IMG/VR virus record: IMGVR_UViG_3300023202_000142
Span: 64,001-128,000 of that record
Length of the DNA: 64,000 nt
From: a virus
Direction: 5' to 3' (one strand)
How positions within the stretch are numbered: position 1 is the stretch's first letter; each line of letters starts with the position of its first letter. Below the pieces are notes generated by a model. The model searched no databases. It was not told the DNA's origin and saw only the letters and a program-made list of their open reading frames with translations. A program made the translations under genes and the position numbers. Shown one piece after another: positions 15,980-25,194 of this stretch.

Positions 15980-16642
15980 ATGAAGCCAGGGCAGTACAGG
16001 GTTCCGGCATCGCTGCGAATCACCGAAGCCTGGCGCGCCACGTGGGCCGCTGCACCGTTCCTGGCGATCGTTCTTTTCGGTACGATTTGGGTTGGGTTCC
16101 ACAACGGCTGGGGCACCGGAGGCGCCGCCGCGATGTACCTCCTGCTCGCTATCACGCTGGGTGTTATCGGCTGGGGTGTTTTTCACACCTGGGTTATCTC
16201 CGGCGCAGTGCGCTACGAGGTCGAAGGGATCACGGTAGTTTTCGGTGACGAAGACTACTACGTCCCGCCCGAGGTGTTCGTGGACTTCCTGGAGCGGCAC
16301 GTCTGGGGTAAATTCCAGTTGCTCTTCGACCGAACGCCTGCTGATGTCATGCCGCTCGACAAGATGGGGGTCAACCCCAGGGATCTTACTGACGGCGTTT
16401 TGGTTATCTGTGAAGGTGACGAACCACTAGCGCGCGTGCGTGAGGGAGATGGCTCAGTGCGGATCAAGAATGTGCTGGGTGCAACTCAGCCGTGGAGACG
16501 GTATTCTCGAATTGCAGCACGGGGGTTGCTTGACCCGGGGGTCGGGGGATACGAACTCAAGCTACACTGTTGCCACAAATTGTTTCCCGGGCGCCAAGAG
16601 GCTGACGACATCGCCTGGATGCAGGAGCATGACATCGCATGA
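15980..16642 (+). CDS. Membrane protein
   Basis: Start MKPGQYRV; two N-terminal hydrophobic helices. Confidence 0.6.
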   Translation: MKPGQYRVPASLRITEAWRATWAAAPFLAIVLFGTIWVGFHNGWGTGGAAAMYLLLAITLGVIGWGVFHTWVISGAVRYEVEGITVVFGDEDYYVPPEVFVDFLERHVWGKFQLLFDRTPADVMPLDKMGVNPRDLTDGVLVICEGDEPLARVREGDGSVRIKNVLGATQPWRRYSRIAARGLLDPGVGGYELKLHCCHKLFPGRQEADDIAWMQEHDIA

Positions 16643-16983
16643 AGGACCTCGCTGAACAGATCTGGTCGACCATCAAGAAGTGGTGGTGGGTTATCGCTGG
16701 CGCGCTCGTGGCAATTCTCGGTTGGCTCCTGTTGGCGCCTCGCGGCAAAAAGCCACAGTCGAAACAGGATCTGCTCAAAGTTCCGCCAGAGACGGCCGTG
16801 GATTCGTTGCGCCAAGTTGCGGTACTGGAGGCCGAGAAGGCTACGGCCGACGCGTTGATTGCGAAAGCGAAACGGGATACAAAAGTCGAAGTCAAACGGA
16901 AGGAACTGGACCGCATCAAGTCGGAACCGGACCCCGTCGTCCGGCGAAAACGTCTTGCGGCATGGGCCACCAAGAACCTGTAG
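16639..16983 (+). CDS. Membrane-anchored coiled-coil protein (i-spanin-like topology)
   Basis: KKWWWVIAGALVAILGWLLLA TM segment followed by a charged helical domain. Confidence 0.5.
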   Translation: MKDLAEQIWSTIKKWWWVIAGALVAILGWLLLAPRGKKPQSKQDLLKVPPETAVDSLRQVAVLEAEKATADALIAKAKRDTKVEVKRKELDRIKSEPDPVVRRKRLAAWATKNL

Positions 16984-16994
16984 GAGACCATCAG

Positions 16995-18107
16995 ATGAGC
17001 GACATCCTGAACCGAATCGACAACGTGCTCGATGAGGCTTCGTATCGGCAGAACGTGTCTCACGGCTCTCCGCTCGACACCTCGACCAACGAGGGGCCTC
17101 AGCTCCCCGCGCATCTCGCCAACACCCTGTCAGTCATGACTGGCATTGACGTCCAGACCGTTGACGCCTTTGTCGAACTGGTTGGCCAGGGCCAGAGCAT
17201 TGCGTCCGCCGCCGCAGAGGTTGGTCTTTCGATCGGCCAGGCACACGACCTCAAGACGGCAATGGTCGACGTTGGGATGAATACCAGTGGCGGTATCATC
17301 GAATCGCACCCGGGTGCAGTCGAAGCACGTCGAACCGCCGATTTCCTCTATCGACTCGCCGAAGCTGCAGATCTCGGAGAGGATGATGCTGCGGGGGTCT
17401 GCGAGGGGCTCGCTCAGGCCGTGAAAGAGGCTGTGTCGGTGTCGGACCTCTTGGGTGGCGGCGGCAGCAAAACCTACGAAGGGCCGAGCCCCGAAGGTGC
17501 CGCAGCAGTCCTGACGTTGGCCCAGGCTATCTTGCTCGACCTTGGCATGGAGGCTGAGTCCGAGAAACTGGAACGCATCAAGAAGAAAATGCGACCCAAC
17601 CGTGCTGCCGTTATGAAGATGGCCGTGAAGCTGTCGAAAAAGGCCAAGCAGCTCGGCCTCATGGAGCACCTCCTCGAAGCCGACGACCCCGGAAACGTGC
17701 CTGATGTCCCCAAGGAAACCGAGCTGAGCCCAAGCGGTTTCCAGAAGTACTCCGGCCTCGATCTTCCCGAAGACGCACGCCAGATCGCACAGACCTACGC
17801 GATGGCGATCTGCGACAACCTGCCGTCATCGCACCCGGGGCGCCTCACATGCACCTTCGGCTCCGCGACCGGCGACGCGAAGAACGCGATGGTCCAGGGC
17901 CGTGATGAGGACGGTAACGAGATGACCGTCACAGTGTCACTGGGCGGCAGTCCGCCGTACGTGATGCTGCAGATCGGCGGAGACCTCGACTCCAGTATCA
18001 CCATGAAGCTGCTCAGCTCGAACTGGATGGCCGCGCTGTCGCTGATGATGCAGCACGTCGTCAGGGGCTTCATGCAGGCGGGCTACACCTACGACGAGGC
18101 GATCTGA
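16995..18107 (+). CDS. Hypothetical protein, candidate head-internal protein
   Basis: Start MSDILNRIDNVLDEA with RBS TAGGAG; repeated hydrophobic-x-E-(A/S) motifs. Confidence 0.65.
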   Translation: MSDILNRIDNVLDEASYRQNVSHGSPLDTSTNEGPQLPAHLANTLSVMTGIDVQTVDAFVELVGQGQSIASAAAEVGLSIGQAHDLKTAMVDVGMNTSGGIIESHPGAVEARRTADFLYRLAEAADLGEDDAAGVCEGLAQAVKEAVSVSDLLGGGGSKTYEGPSPEGAAAVLTLAQAILLDLGMEAESEKLERIKKKMRPNRAAVMKMAVKLSKKAKQLGLMEHLLEADDPGNVPDVPKETELSPSGFQKYSGLDLPEDARQIAQTYAMAICDNLPSSHPGRLTCTFGSATGDAKNAMVQGRDEDGNEMTVTVSLGGSPPYVMLQIGGDLDSSITMKLLSSNWMAALSLMMQHVVRGFMQAGYTYDEAI

Positions 18108-18110
18108 TCC

Positions 18111-18968
18111 GTGTTCCTCGCTGAGAGTTACGCCCTCGACCAGTTACCTTCGCTCGGCTCGCGCATGCGCTTGTCGAGCGAGGGTGTTTCTGGGGAGTTC
18201 GTGTACGCGGGTTTCACTGAGTCCGGGGACATCGTTGCTGTACCACTGGTGCCGTTAGTCAGGATGTCTTCCTGCCAGCCTGTGGCCTGCCCTGGCGCCA
18301 AGGTTCACTACGTCGAGGATGAGGGTAGCCATTTCGACGCCAGGCGTCTCCTGAGCCTTCTGGAGGCGACTGAGTATGAGTCCATTTGGCCCAACAGAGA
18401 TGGTTCTGGCGGCTTCCTTCTGGGTCGTCTCGCCGTAAAGCCCCGAACAGGAGATCTCCTGGAGATTGCTGGCAAACCGATGGTGTTCTGTGGCAATTAT
18501 CGGTCGAAGTGGGTGCTCGCGACACAAGGGGCTCACACCTTTCAGCCCCTTGGGACCGTGACCGCCGAGGGAACCTCCTGGAATATCGCTGTCTTGCCTG
18601 AGCGAGACCACGGATTGCTTTGTGGCCTCATTGAGTCAGACACGGCATCCCGGATTTTTCGAAAAACCACCGATCGTCCTTTCCCTGGATCTCGCGTGCG
18701 CATGCGGGGCGTCGATGGCATGTACTTGCGTTGGGACGGCCGGTTCGGCTTGCACCATCAGGTTGCTTTCCCGATTGAAGAGTCGGCTCGATCGACCATT
18801 GCGACCTTCGATGTGGATCGAATCGTCGAGGTTGACGACACGTCGTATGCGGTTTGCTGGGTGTCGATCAATCAGAACATGAACCTCTTCGAACTACCGG
18901 ATCCTGTGCAGACCCGGCTTGCGCTGCAGATCGCTGACACCCCGTCTTCCTATCGGAGGCATTTGTGA
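18111..18968 (+). CDS. Hypothetical protein
   Basis: 285-aa ORF in the operon. Confidence 0.55.
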   Translation: MFLAESYALDQLPSLGSRMRLSSEGVSGEFVYAGFTESGDIVAVPLVPLVRMSSCQPVACPGAKVHYVEDEGSHFDARRLLSLLEATEYESIWPNRDGSGGFLLGRLAVKPRTGDLLEIAGKPMVFCGNYRSKWVLATQGAHTFQPLGTVTAEGTSWNIAVLPERDHGLLCGLIESDTASRIFRKTTDRPFPGSRVRMRGVDGMYLRWDGRFGLHHQVAFPIEESARSTIATFDVDRIVEVDDTSYAVCWVSINQNMNLFELPDPVQTRLALQIADTPSSYRRHL

Positions 18969-19456
18969 GACTCCTTGTTCTGTTGTCGGCTCTGCTGCTT
19001 GTCAGTTGCGCTACCACCAAGAAATCGGACCCCCTGGACAAGCCCCAGGTGCAGCTCACCGAACTCAAGGCGCCCCCGGCACCCCTGGAGGACGAAGTTG
19101 TCCCCGTAGACCCCGGCGGTCTCACGGCCGAACAGGCAGCGTGCGTACGGAGCCTGGGCCTTGACCCCGGCGGCTTCGTGATGTCAGAGCAGAAACTCGT
19201 GTCGCTTTCCGAGTTGCGCCTATACGCCGAACAGACCTACTCTGACGGCCTCGCCAACGGTGCGATCTGCACGGCACATCTCGATGCCACCTGGAACCAG
19301 CTCAAGAAGGCCGACAAACTTCTCGATGACATTCACGAGCGCGAGAACTCCTGGTGGAATCGAAACAAGGGGACGATTACCTTCGCCGCAGGGTTCATTG
19401 TGGGCGCCGGCTCGTCGATCCTCATCGTGTACGGCGTCAGCCAGGCAACGGAGTAA
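18965..19456 (+). CDS. Lipoprotein with C-terminal TM helix (u-spanin-like topology)
   Basis: MRLLVLLSALLLVSC lipobox; C-terminal TITFAAGFIVGAGSSILIVYGV. Confidence 0.55.
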   Translation: MRLLVLLSALLLVSCATTKKSDPLDKPQVQLTELKAPPAPLEDEVVPVDPGGLTAEQAACVRSLGLDPGGFVMSEQKLVSLSELRLYAEQTYSDGLANGAICTAHLDATWNQLKKADKLLDDIHERENSWWNRNKGTITFAAGFIVGAGSSILIVYGVSQATE

Positions 19457-19458
19457 TC

Positions 19459-19707
19459 ATGAGTGAGCAGATGTCCGAAGATGTGAGTCGTGCCGCAGGT
19501 CACCTCGAAAAGGTGAAGTACGCGACAAAGAACCTGGAGAACGAACTCCGAAACATCGATCGCGGTCGTAACGTGCAGCGGCACAAGCGTAATGCGATGA
19601 GCTTCGCCAGGGAGATCATTCAGAACGCCGAAAAAACGCTGACTGAAGTGGGTGGCATCCAGGAGGAGTCCACGGCGATCTCTCGCATCGATGATTTCCT
19701 TGGCTAG
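19459..19707 (+). CDS. Hypothetical coiled-coil protein
   Basis: Start MSEQMSED with RBS GGAG. Confidence 0.6.
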   Translation: MSEQMSEDVSRAAGHLEKVKYATKNLENELRNIDRGRNVQRHKRNAMSFAREIIQNAEKTLTEVGGIQEESTAISRIDDFLG

Positions 19708-19761
19708 AAAGCCCCGATCTGGGGTGCTACGATAGGGCAATGACGACCTGAGCGGGGCCCT

Positions 19762-20166
19762 ATGTACGCATTTCAAAGAAAGATTGTACACCTCTCCTCG
19801 TCACCACCCAGTCGCGCGATGCGCAAAATGGGGGTGTACGAATTACCGACAGTTCAGCTCCTCGACCTCCAGGAGTGCATGAAGTTCATCTCAGCGCCCT
19901 CCCGCGATGAGATCGAAAGGCGTGCGAAGCATATCGCAGCTATCGCTGAGGAGTCCGGCGCCCACAAGGCGGTGATCGATGTCCCGGCCTTCATGGTTTC
20001 AGCCGTTGAAGAGGCGCTGGCCCGACGAAACATTGCTGTCGTCTACCCCTGGGGCAAGGTCTGCAGGTATCTTGTCGAGACCCCCGTTGAAGACGTCTAC
20101 GAAGCAAAATGTCGATTCGATGTCACTGACCTCATCGAGACTGGCGTGAAAATCGTTGCTGGCTGA
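19762..20166 (+). CDS. Small alpha/beta protein, possibly CARF-like (Csx15/16/20-like)
   Basis: PSRDEIERRAKHIAAIA...AVIDVPAFMVSAVEEAL..RNIAVVY resembles that family's pattern as I recall it; inference only. Confidence 0.35.
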   Translation: MYAFQRKIVHLSSSPPSRAMRKMGVYELPTVQLLDLQECMKFISAPSRDEIERRAKHIAAIAEESGAHKAVIDVPAFMVSAVEEALARRNIAVVYPWGKVCRYLVETPVEDVYEAKCRFDVTDLIETGVKIVAG

Positions 20167-20190
20167 TACTTGATTCGACTGGAGTCGATC

Positions 20191-21072
20191 ATGCACGAGC
20201 GCAACGAACTCATCATCTCTCTATTTCGAAAGCACCTCGGAGGCTTCGAGGTCTACGAGAAGCAGGACGTCTGGCACCAGCGCCTCCTCGGCGTTGTGAT
20301 GTTCTGGATGTGGGGCTACGAGAAAGACGAAAGCATCAGTCTCGGTCGTGCCGTTGTGAACGTCCTTTTGCCGCTGCTTGCGGTTGGCTCGATCGCCGGC
20401 TCCATCATTGGGGGCTACGAAGGGTTTCTCTTCGGCCACACCCTGACAGGATTAGCAATTGGAGCGTCATTGGGCGCGATCGCCTCACTGTCGTTTGCAG
20501 TCTTTCAGATAGCGAAGGGCGCCCGGCGCATCGAGCGTCGATACATGACCGATTTCATCAGCTTCGTCGGCAAGGCGTTGTTTGTTCCCGACATGGACAG
20601 ACTTGAAGCGTATTCGTTTTGGCGCGTGCTGGCGCACGAGTTCGTGCACGGCTGGGATGCCAAAGAGAAACCATTAATGTCATTCCAGTTGGGCTACGTT
20701 GTGCCACAGGTTCTGGCATTCCTGGCCCTTTTGGCTATCGGAAAGATCTGGGTGCCGTGGATGGCGTGGTTCGGCATCTGTCAGGTGTTCTTGCTGCCAC
20801 TACCCGCGCCTGTGCGCGCGTGGGCTGAAAAACGTGGGTACACCATGACGCTTGCCGCTTCGATCTGGGACGGCTGGAGCGACGAGAATGTTGAACGCCG
20901 CATCGAGGGCATCACACAAAACTTCACCAGCGGTGACTATTACTGGATGTGGCCATTTCGGTCTCGGGTCACAGGGTGGTTCACTGAGGCAGTGGAAGAC
21001 ATCAAAAGTGGGGCGATTCTCGATGATGAACCGTTCCGTATCGTTCACGACGCCATAGAGGTTCAGGGATGA
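20191..21072 (+). CDS. Membrane zincin-like metallopeptidase
   Basis: Several TM helices; LAHEFVH (HExxH) with downstream WAEKRGY. Confidence 0.6.
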   Translation: MHERNELIISLFRKHLGGFEVYEKQDVWHQRLLGVVMFWMWGYEKDESISLGRAVVNVLLPLLAVGSIAGSIIGGYEGFLFGHTLTGLAIGASLGAIASLSFAVFQIAKGARRIERRYMTDFISFVGKALFVPDMDRLEAYSFWRVLAHEFVHGWDAKEKPLMSFQLGYVVPQVLAFLALLAIGKIWVPWMAWFGICQVFLLPLPAPVRAWAEKRGYTMTLAASIWDGWSDENVERRIEGITQNFTSGDYYWMWPFRSRVTGWFTEAVEDIKSGAILDDEPFRIVHDAIEVQG

Positions 21073-21485
21073 AGGACTGGTTCAAAGGGGTTTTCGGGAT
21101 GTCAGCGGTTGCTGACGACAGCCAACGACCGACACGCGAACGACAGTCGACTCGGGAACTCAATGCTCAGAGTTTCGCGCGCCAAGAGCGCGCCAAGACC
21201 AGAGTCGAAAAGGTCGACAGGTTGATCGGTGAGCTGGCTGATGAGCCGTCGGAACCCCTTCAGGCAGACCCCAAGATCCTGTTTCCTGAGTCACCCCCCG
21301 ACCTCAATGTTGCGGTAATGCCGCAGAGATCACTTCGAGCCCGGCGAATGGAGACTGACTTCGTCGTTCGAACGAAAGCGAGAGCTGTCGTCCAGGGAGA
21401 GGCTGGAGACTGGCTCGTCGAGTACCCCGGGGGTGATCTGTCCGTCTACACCAACGAAGAGTTCAGAGCGGCGTTCAGGCCGTGA
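21069..21485 (+). CDS. Hypothetical protein
   Basis: 138 aa; C-terminal GEAGDWLVEYPGG...EEF, a pattern typical of phage hypotheticals. Confidence 0.6.
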   Translation: MKDWFKGVFGMSAVADDSQRPTRERQSTRELNAQSFARQERAKTRVEKVDRLIGELADEPSEPLQADPKILFPESPPDLNVAVMPQRSLRARRMETDFVVRTKARAVVQGEAGDWLVEYPGGDLSVYTNEEFRAAFRP

Positions 21486-21638
21486 GAACCGATCCCTTGA
21501 CATCCTGATGACCGAGTCTCACTCTGCTTCGCACTTCTGAGATTTGGTCCTGCTGGATGATCCCAAGAAAAAGAACAACCCGAAAGCGACTCAGTTGTGG
21601 GACCAGATCGCTTCCGGGTCATTCAAGGAGACACCCGT

Positions 21639-22904
21639 ATGTATCTCTCGGTGGAGGAATATGATGCCTGGGCTCTGCAAAAGCAAGGGCTTTCTTCGGT
21701 ATCACACATCCGATTCTTGCACATCGTAACTCGCGTGATGTTCGGTCACGGCGTCTGCACCCTTGGCGCCAGCGAGATCGAACGGCGCGCAAAGATCTCG
21801 TCGAGGACCCGTCTGAGGGTCATGAAGCAACTCGAAGAGGCCGGGGTGATCACGGTCAACACCGTGGTAACCAGCACCAATTCAGTTCGTCACGAGATTC
21901 GTCGCACGCCAATCACGACCGATGACCTCCAGGAGTTCGCTCAGGAGCGTTTCGCGCCTGGACTGGATAATTCGCTCCAGTTCCGCCTCAAGACCGGTGA
22001 GGTCCTCCCCGCGTTGCACGAATCGTTCTTTACCGACGACGTCGGTAGCCAGCTCGTGTTCGTGGAGGGTGAACCCAGGTTCGTCGCCAATGTTGGCGAC
22101 TCGCCAGATCTGTCGACTGAACCGCCCGCCAGATCTGGCGGCCATAATAGAATACAAGAACAACAAACCAACCAACCCACCGCGCGGCCGCGGGCCTCGG
22201 CTTCGCAAAGCTCAGCCTCGGACCCGCGTCTCGTCGCGAAATCCCCTGCCGGGGGCTCTGGGTCAGAGGCCAGGGTCAAGGACCCCGTCGCCTACGGCTC
22301 CGGGCGCCAGAGACTCGGCGAGGCCGAGTCTCTGCCCGTTGGTCGTTTGGTCGACGTGGTTCTTGCTGCCCTGACTCCGCGGTTTGAGTCTCTGGAGCGG
22401 GCGTTGGGTCTGAGGTCTACGACCAACTCCGATCCCGACTCTCCCAGGCCCCCCAAGCCCCCCACTGAGCCGATTGACGACGTCAGTGAGGAGGATGCGG
22501 ACACGCTGTTGCGGTTACAGCAGTTGGTGATGTCTCTGGCTGTCGCCGAGGGTGTTGAGGACGAGGTCAAGCCGATCTCGAAGCGTGCGGCGCCGAAGAT
22601 CCTGAAGGCGGTGAGGAAGGTCGGCGGGGTTAACCATGCCGAGGACTATCTGAGGTACGTCTTCAGCAAGGATCTCGGGTGGTTCGCCAACTTCTGCTGG
22701 AAGGACAGGGACGTCTACGCGTTGTTGTGCAACGGAGCGATCAAGGAATGGCGCATCGAGTCCGGCAGGACCCGGGAGACCGAACTGAAAACCGAGAAGA
22801 AACACCGTCGCAAGCGCGGTCGTCAGACCGGGCGTGATCGGCTTCGGGACCGCGAGTGGCAAAAGGACGATCCGACCCAGATGGGGGAGGTCGGTGAATG
22901 GTGA
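21639..22904 (+). CDS. Replication initiator-like protein 1 (N-terminal winged HTH)
   Basis: Start MYLSVEEY (RBS AAGGAG); LGASEIERRAKISSRTRLRVMKQLEEAGVITV; linker contains iteron-like palindromes. Confidence 0.65.
   Translation: MYLSVEEYDAWALQKQGLSSVSHIRFLHIVTRVMFGHGVCTLGASEIERRAKISSRTRLRVMKQLEEAGVITVNTVVTSTNSVRHEIRRTPITTDDLQEFAQERFAPGLDNSLQFRLKTGEVLPALHESFFTDDVGSQLVFVEGEPRFVANVGDSPDLSTEPPARSGGHNRIQEQQTNQPTARPRASASQSSASDPRLVAKSPAGGSGSEARVKDPVAYGSGRQRLGEAESLPVGRLVDVVLAALTPRFESLERALGLRSTTNSDPDSPRPPKPPTEPIDDVSEEDADTLLRLQQLVMSLAVAEGVEDEVKPISKRAAPKILKAVRKVGGVNHAEDYLRYVFSKDLGWFANFCWKDRDVYALLCNGAIKEWRIESGRTRETELKTEKKHRRKRGRQTGRDRLRDREWQKDDPTQMGEVGEW
22085..22177. repeat. Candidate replication origin: three CGCCA-N4-TGGCG palindromes plus an A-rich tract
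   Basis: 22085-22098, 22102-22115 (1 mismatch) and 22127-22140 (perfect 14-bp palindrome), then CATAATAGAATACAAGAACAACAAACCAACC. Confidence 0.55.
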
Positions 22905-23620
22905 GGGCGACTTTCAAGCGGGTTGAGAGGTTTGACCCGAACCCGAACCGAAACTGGAAGTGGACGCCGACGATGCTTGGTCTGATCCTTGGAGCTGGTG
23001 CCAGCGCTAGGGCGAAACTGCCCGACATGTACCGCAGGATGTCGTTTCGTCAGACAGACGATGTCATTGACGCGACGGTGTTTGGCAATACCGGCGAGTA
23101 CCAGGTCTGGATTAACCTCAACACGGCTCAGCAGCACTGTGACTGCCCCAGCTTTCAGCATCGCGATGGACCGTGCAAGCACATCGCTGCGGTCGCCGCG
23201 GTGCTTATCGGGGAGCGCGAGAGCGGCGGTCCGAACTGGTGGGTCAGGTTGGCTGTTCTCGATGATCGCAACAGCGGTCGCCAGTTCAAGCGCTGGGAGT
23301 TCCGACCGGAGCCTTCCGAGGAGGTTGCGAGGCGCTACGATGCGAAGGTGTGGAGTCGTCATGCCGGCCATGTCGTCGTGAAAGGCTATGTTGTCGAGGA
23401 CAAGGTCTGGACGGGTGAACTACCGCTGCCGGCGATCGATGACCGTGTTGTTGCGTATTTGCCGACCGGAGAGCAGGTCCCTGGGTGTATCGTGCGTCGG
23501 TTCGATCGTGATCCTACGTACCACGCCTACAACGTCACGTTGGACTGGACGCCTGAAGGCTACGACAGTCCTGACGTCGTTTTGTTCGGTTCTGAAATCC
23601 TCCAGAGTGACAACTTGTGA
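22898..23620 (+). CDS. SWIM zinc-finger protein
   Basis: YQVWINLNTAQQHCDCPSFQHRDGPCKHIAAV (CxC...CxH). Confidence 0.8.
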   Translation: MVRATFKRVERFDPNPNRNWKWTPTMLGLILGAGASARAKLPDMYRRMSFRQTDDVIDATVFGNTGEYQVWINLNTAQQHCDCPSFQHRDGPCKHIAAVAAVLIGERESGGPNWWVRLAVLDDRNSGRQFKRWEFRPEPSEEVARRYDAKVWSRHAGHVVVKGYVVEDKVWTGELPLPAIDDRVVAYLPTGEQVPGCIVRRFDRDPTYHAYNVTLDWTPEGYDSPDVVLFGSEILQSDNL

Positions 23621-23643
23621 AACCTGTGCACAGGTGCTAGCTT
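23615..23643 (+). promoter_or_regulatory. Promoter with operator L
   Basis: TTGTGA-N17-TAGCTT; GTGAAA-CCT-GTGCAC at 23617-23631. Confidence 0.55.
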
Positions 23644-23662
23644 CGCTGGTCAGGAGGTTGAA

Positions 23663-25132
23663 ATGGAACTGATTAAGGAAACCTTCAAGGGCGTTGAGAT
23701 CGAGGTAGAGCCTGATGGTTCGTTTCGCTGTCTCGGCCCTGATGGCTGGAAGATGGAGGGTGTCGAACCCCTTGGTCCGACCGAGGCACTTCGGGAGGCC
23801 AGGGTGTTGGCTTCACGGAGGGCGGACAAGGTGGAAGCCGCTGGGGCTGGGTTCGCATTTGAGTGGAATGACGAGCAGCTCGCAGCGATCGAAGCGATGA
23901 TCGACTGGTGGAATAACGGCTCGGAGTCGTTCTTTGGCCTCTTCGGTTACGCCGGGACCGGTAAAACATCGGTGGTTCAGGAGGTCTGTTCGAGGTTGGG
24001 CAGGTCGCAGTTCAATACTGCGATGGCGGCGCCGACGCACAAGGCGGTTGGTGTGCTTGCGCACACGTCTGCATCTCATGGCAGCTCCAGGTACCACTAT
24101 GCCACGCTCCATTCGCTTCTGAAGTTGCGCCCTCAGAAGGTTGAGGGTCGACAGGTGTTTCGTCGTGACCGACCAGACACAACTGCGCCGATCCAGAACT
24201 ATACGCTGGTCGTGCTTGACGAGTGCTCCATGGTCGACGAGGACCTCTGGAAGTACTTGAATGACGAGGTCCAGGAATCGATCTCGCAGATGTTTCAGGC
24301 GCCGATTCGTGTTGTCGTGATGGGGGATCCGCTGCAACTCCCGCCAGTCAACGACACTGGCGATGAGTCGCCGACCTTTGGTGTCGAGTCTCAGGTCACA
24401 CTGTCGGAGGTGATGCGATACGCCGGTGCGGTTGGTGAGGCGGTTGACGAAATCCGCGACAACATCAACTCGCCGAAGCCGTTGATTCCTGGCGATGCCT
24501 CGGACAGTTATGGTCAAATCGTGAACTACGATGCCCGTAACCGCTGGATGGACGACCTCATTGAGAACGCGCGTGTCGACCATTCTGTGAAAGCGTTGGC
24601 GTGGACGAACCGCTCAGTGAACAAAATCAACCGTGATGTTCGCCAGGCGATCTGGGGTCAGGATGTAGATGCGTTTGTCGCGGGCGAGCGCCTGGTCGCT
24701 GTTGAGGCATATGTTCAGCACAACAACGTCGTGCTGCAGACCGAGGCGGAGATCGAGGTTATCGATGCCCAGCAGGACCAGTTTGGCGGGATGGACTGCT
24801 GGGTGTTGCGGGTCTCAAATCTTCACACCGGCGAGGAGGTCAAGGTCTGGACGCTGGAGTCCAGGCAGCGACATGCCCTGGATCGCCAGCTCAAGCGTCT
24901 GGCGAGGGCCAAGAAGTGGGGTGAGTTCTGGCCGCTCAAAGAGAAGTTCGCGGTGTTGCGCCCGCCCTATGCGACGACGGTTCACAAGTCTCAGGGCTCC
25001 ACGTATCGCCAGGTGTATGTCTTACAGTCTGACATCGGCCGGGCAGGTCGCAGGGACAGCTTTCTGCGTAACCGTCTGATGTACGTGGCCTATTCGCGCA
25101 CGTCGAATGGGCTCATGATTTGTCACGACTGA
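23663..25132 (+). CDS. Dda/RecD-like superfamily 1B DNA helicase
   Basis: GYAGTGKT, AAPTHKA, VLDECSMV, GDPLQLPPV, YATTVHKSQGSTY, YVAYSR. Confidence 0.92.
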   Translation: MELIKETFKGVEIEVEPDGSFRCLGPDGWKMEGVEPLGPTEALREARVLASRRADKVEAAGAGFAFEWNDEQLAAIEAMIDWWNNGSESFFGLFGYAGTGKTSVVQEVCSRLGRSQFNTAMAAPTHKAVGVLAHTSASHGSSRYHYATLHSLLKLRPQKVEGRQVFRRDRPDTTAPIQNYTLVVLDECSMVDEDLWKYLNDEVQESISQMFQAPIRVVVMGDPLQLPPVNDTGDESPTFGVESQVTLSEVMRYAGAVGEAVDEIRDNINSPKPLIPGDASDSYGQIVNYDARNRWMDDLIENARVDHSVKALAWTNRSVNKINRDVRQAIWGQDVDAFVAGERLVAVEAYVQHNNVVLQTEAEIEVIDAQQDQFGGMDCWVLRVSNLHTGEEVKVWTLESRQRHALDRQLKRLARAKKWGEFWPLKEKFAVLRPPYATTVHKSQGSTYRQVYVLQSDIGRAGRRDSFLRNRLMYVAYSRTSNGLMICHD

Positions 25133-25136
25133 AATG

Positions 25137-25188
25137 GTGAAGGCTGTGCACTTTTTACCTTGACGGTTGTGAAGCTCGTGCATAAGGT
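25137..25188 (+). promoter_or_regulatory. Promoter with tandem operators M1 and M2
   Basis: GTGAAG-GCT-GTGCAC at 25137-25151; TTGACG(25160)-N17-TAAGGT; GTGAAG-CTC-GTGCAT at 25169-25183. Confidence 0.7.
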
Positions 25189-25194
25189 CTCAGT

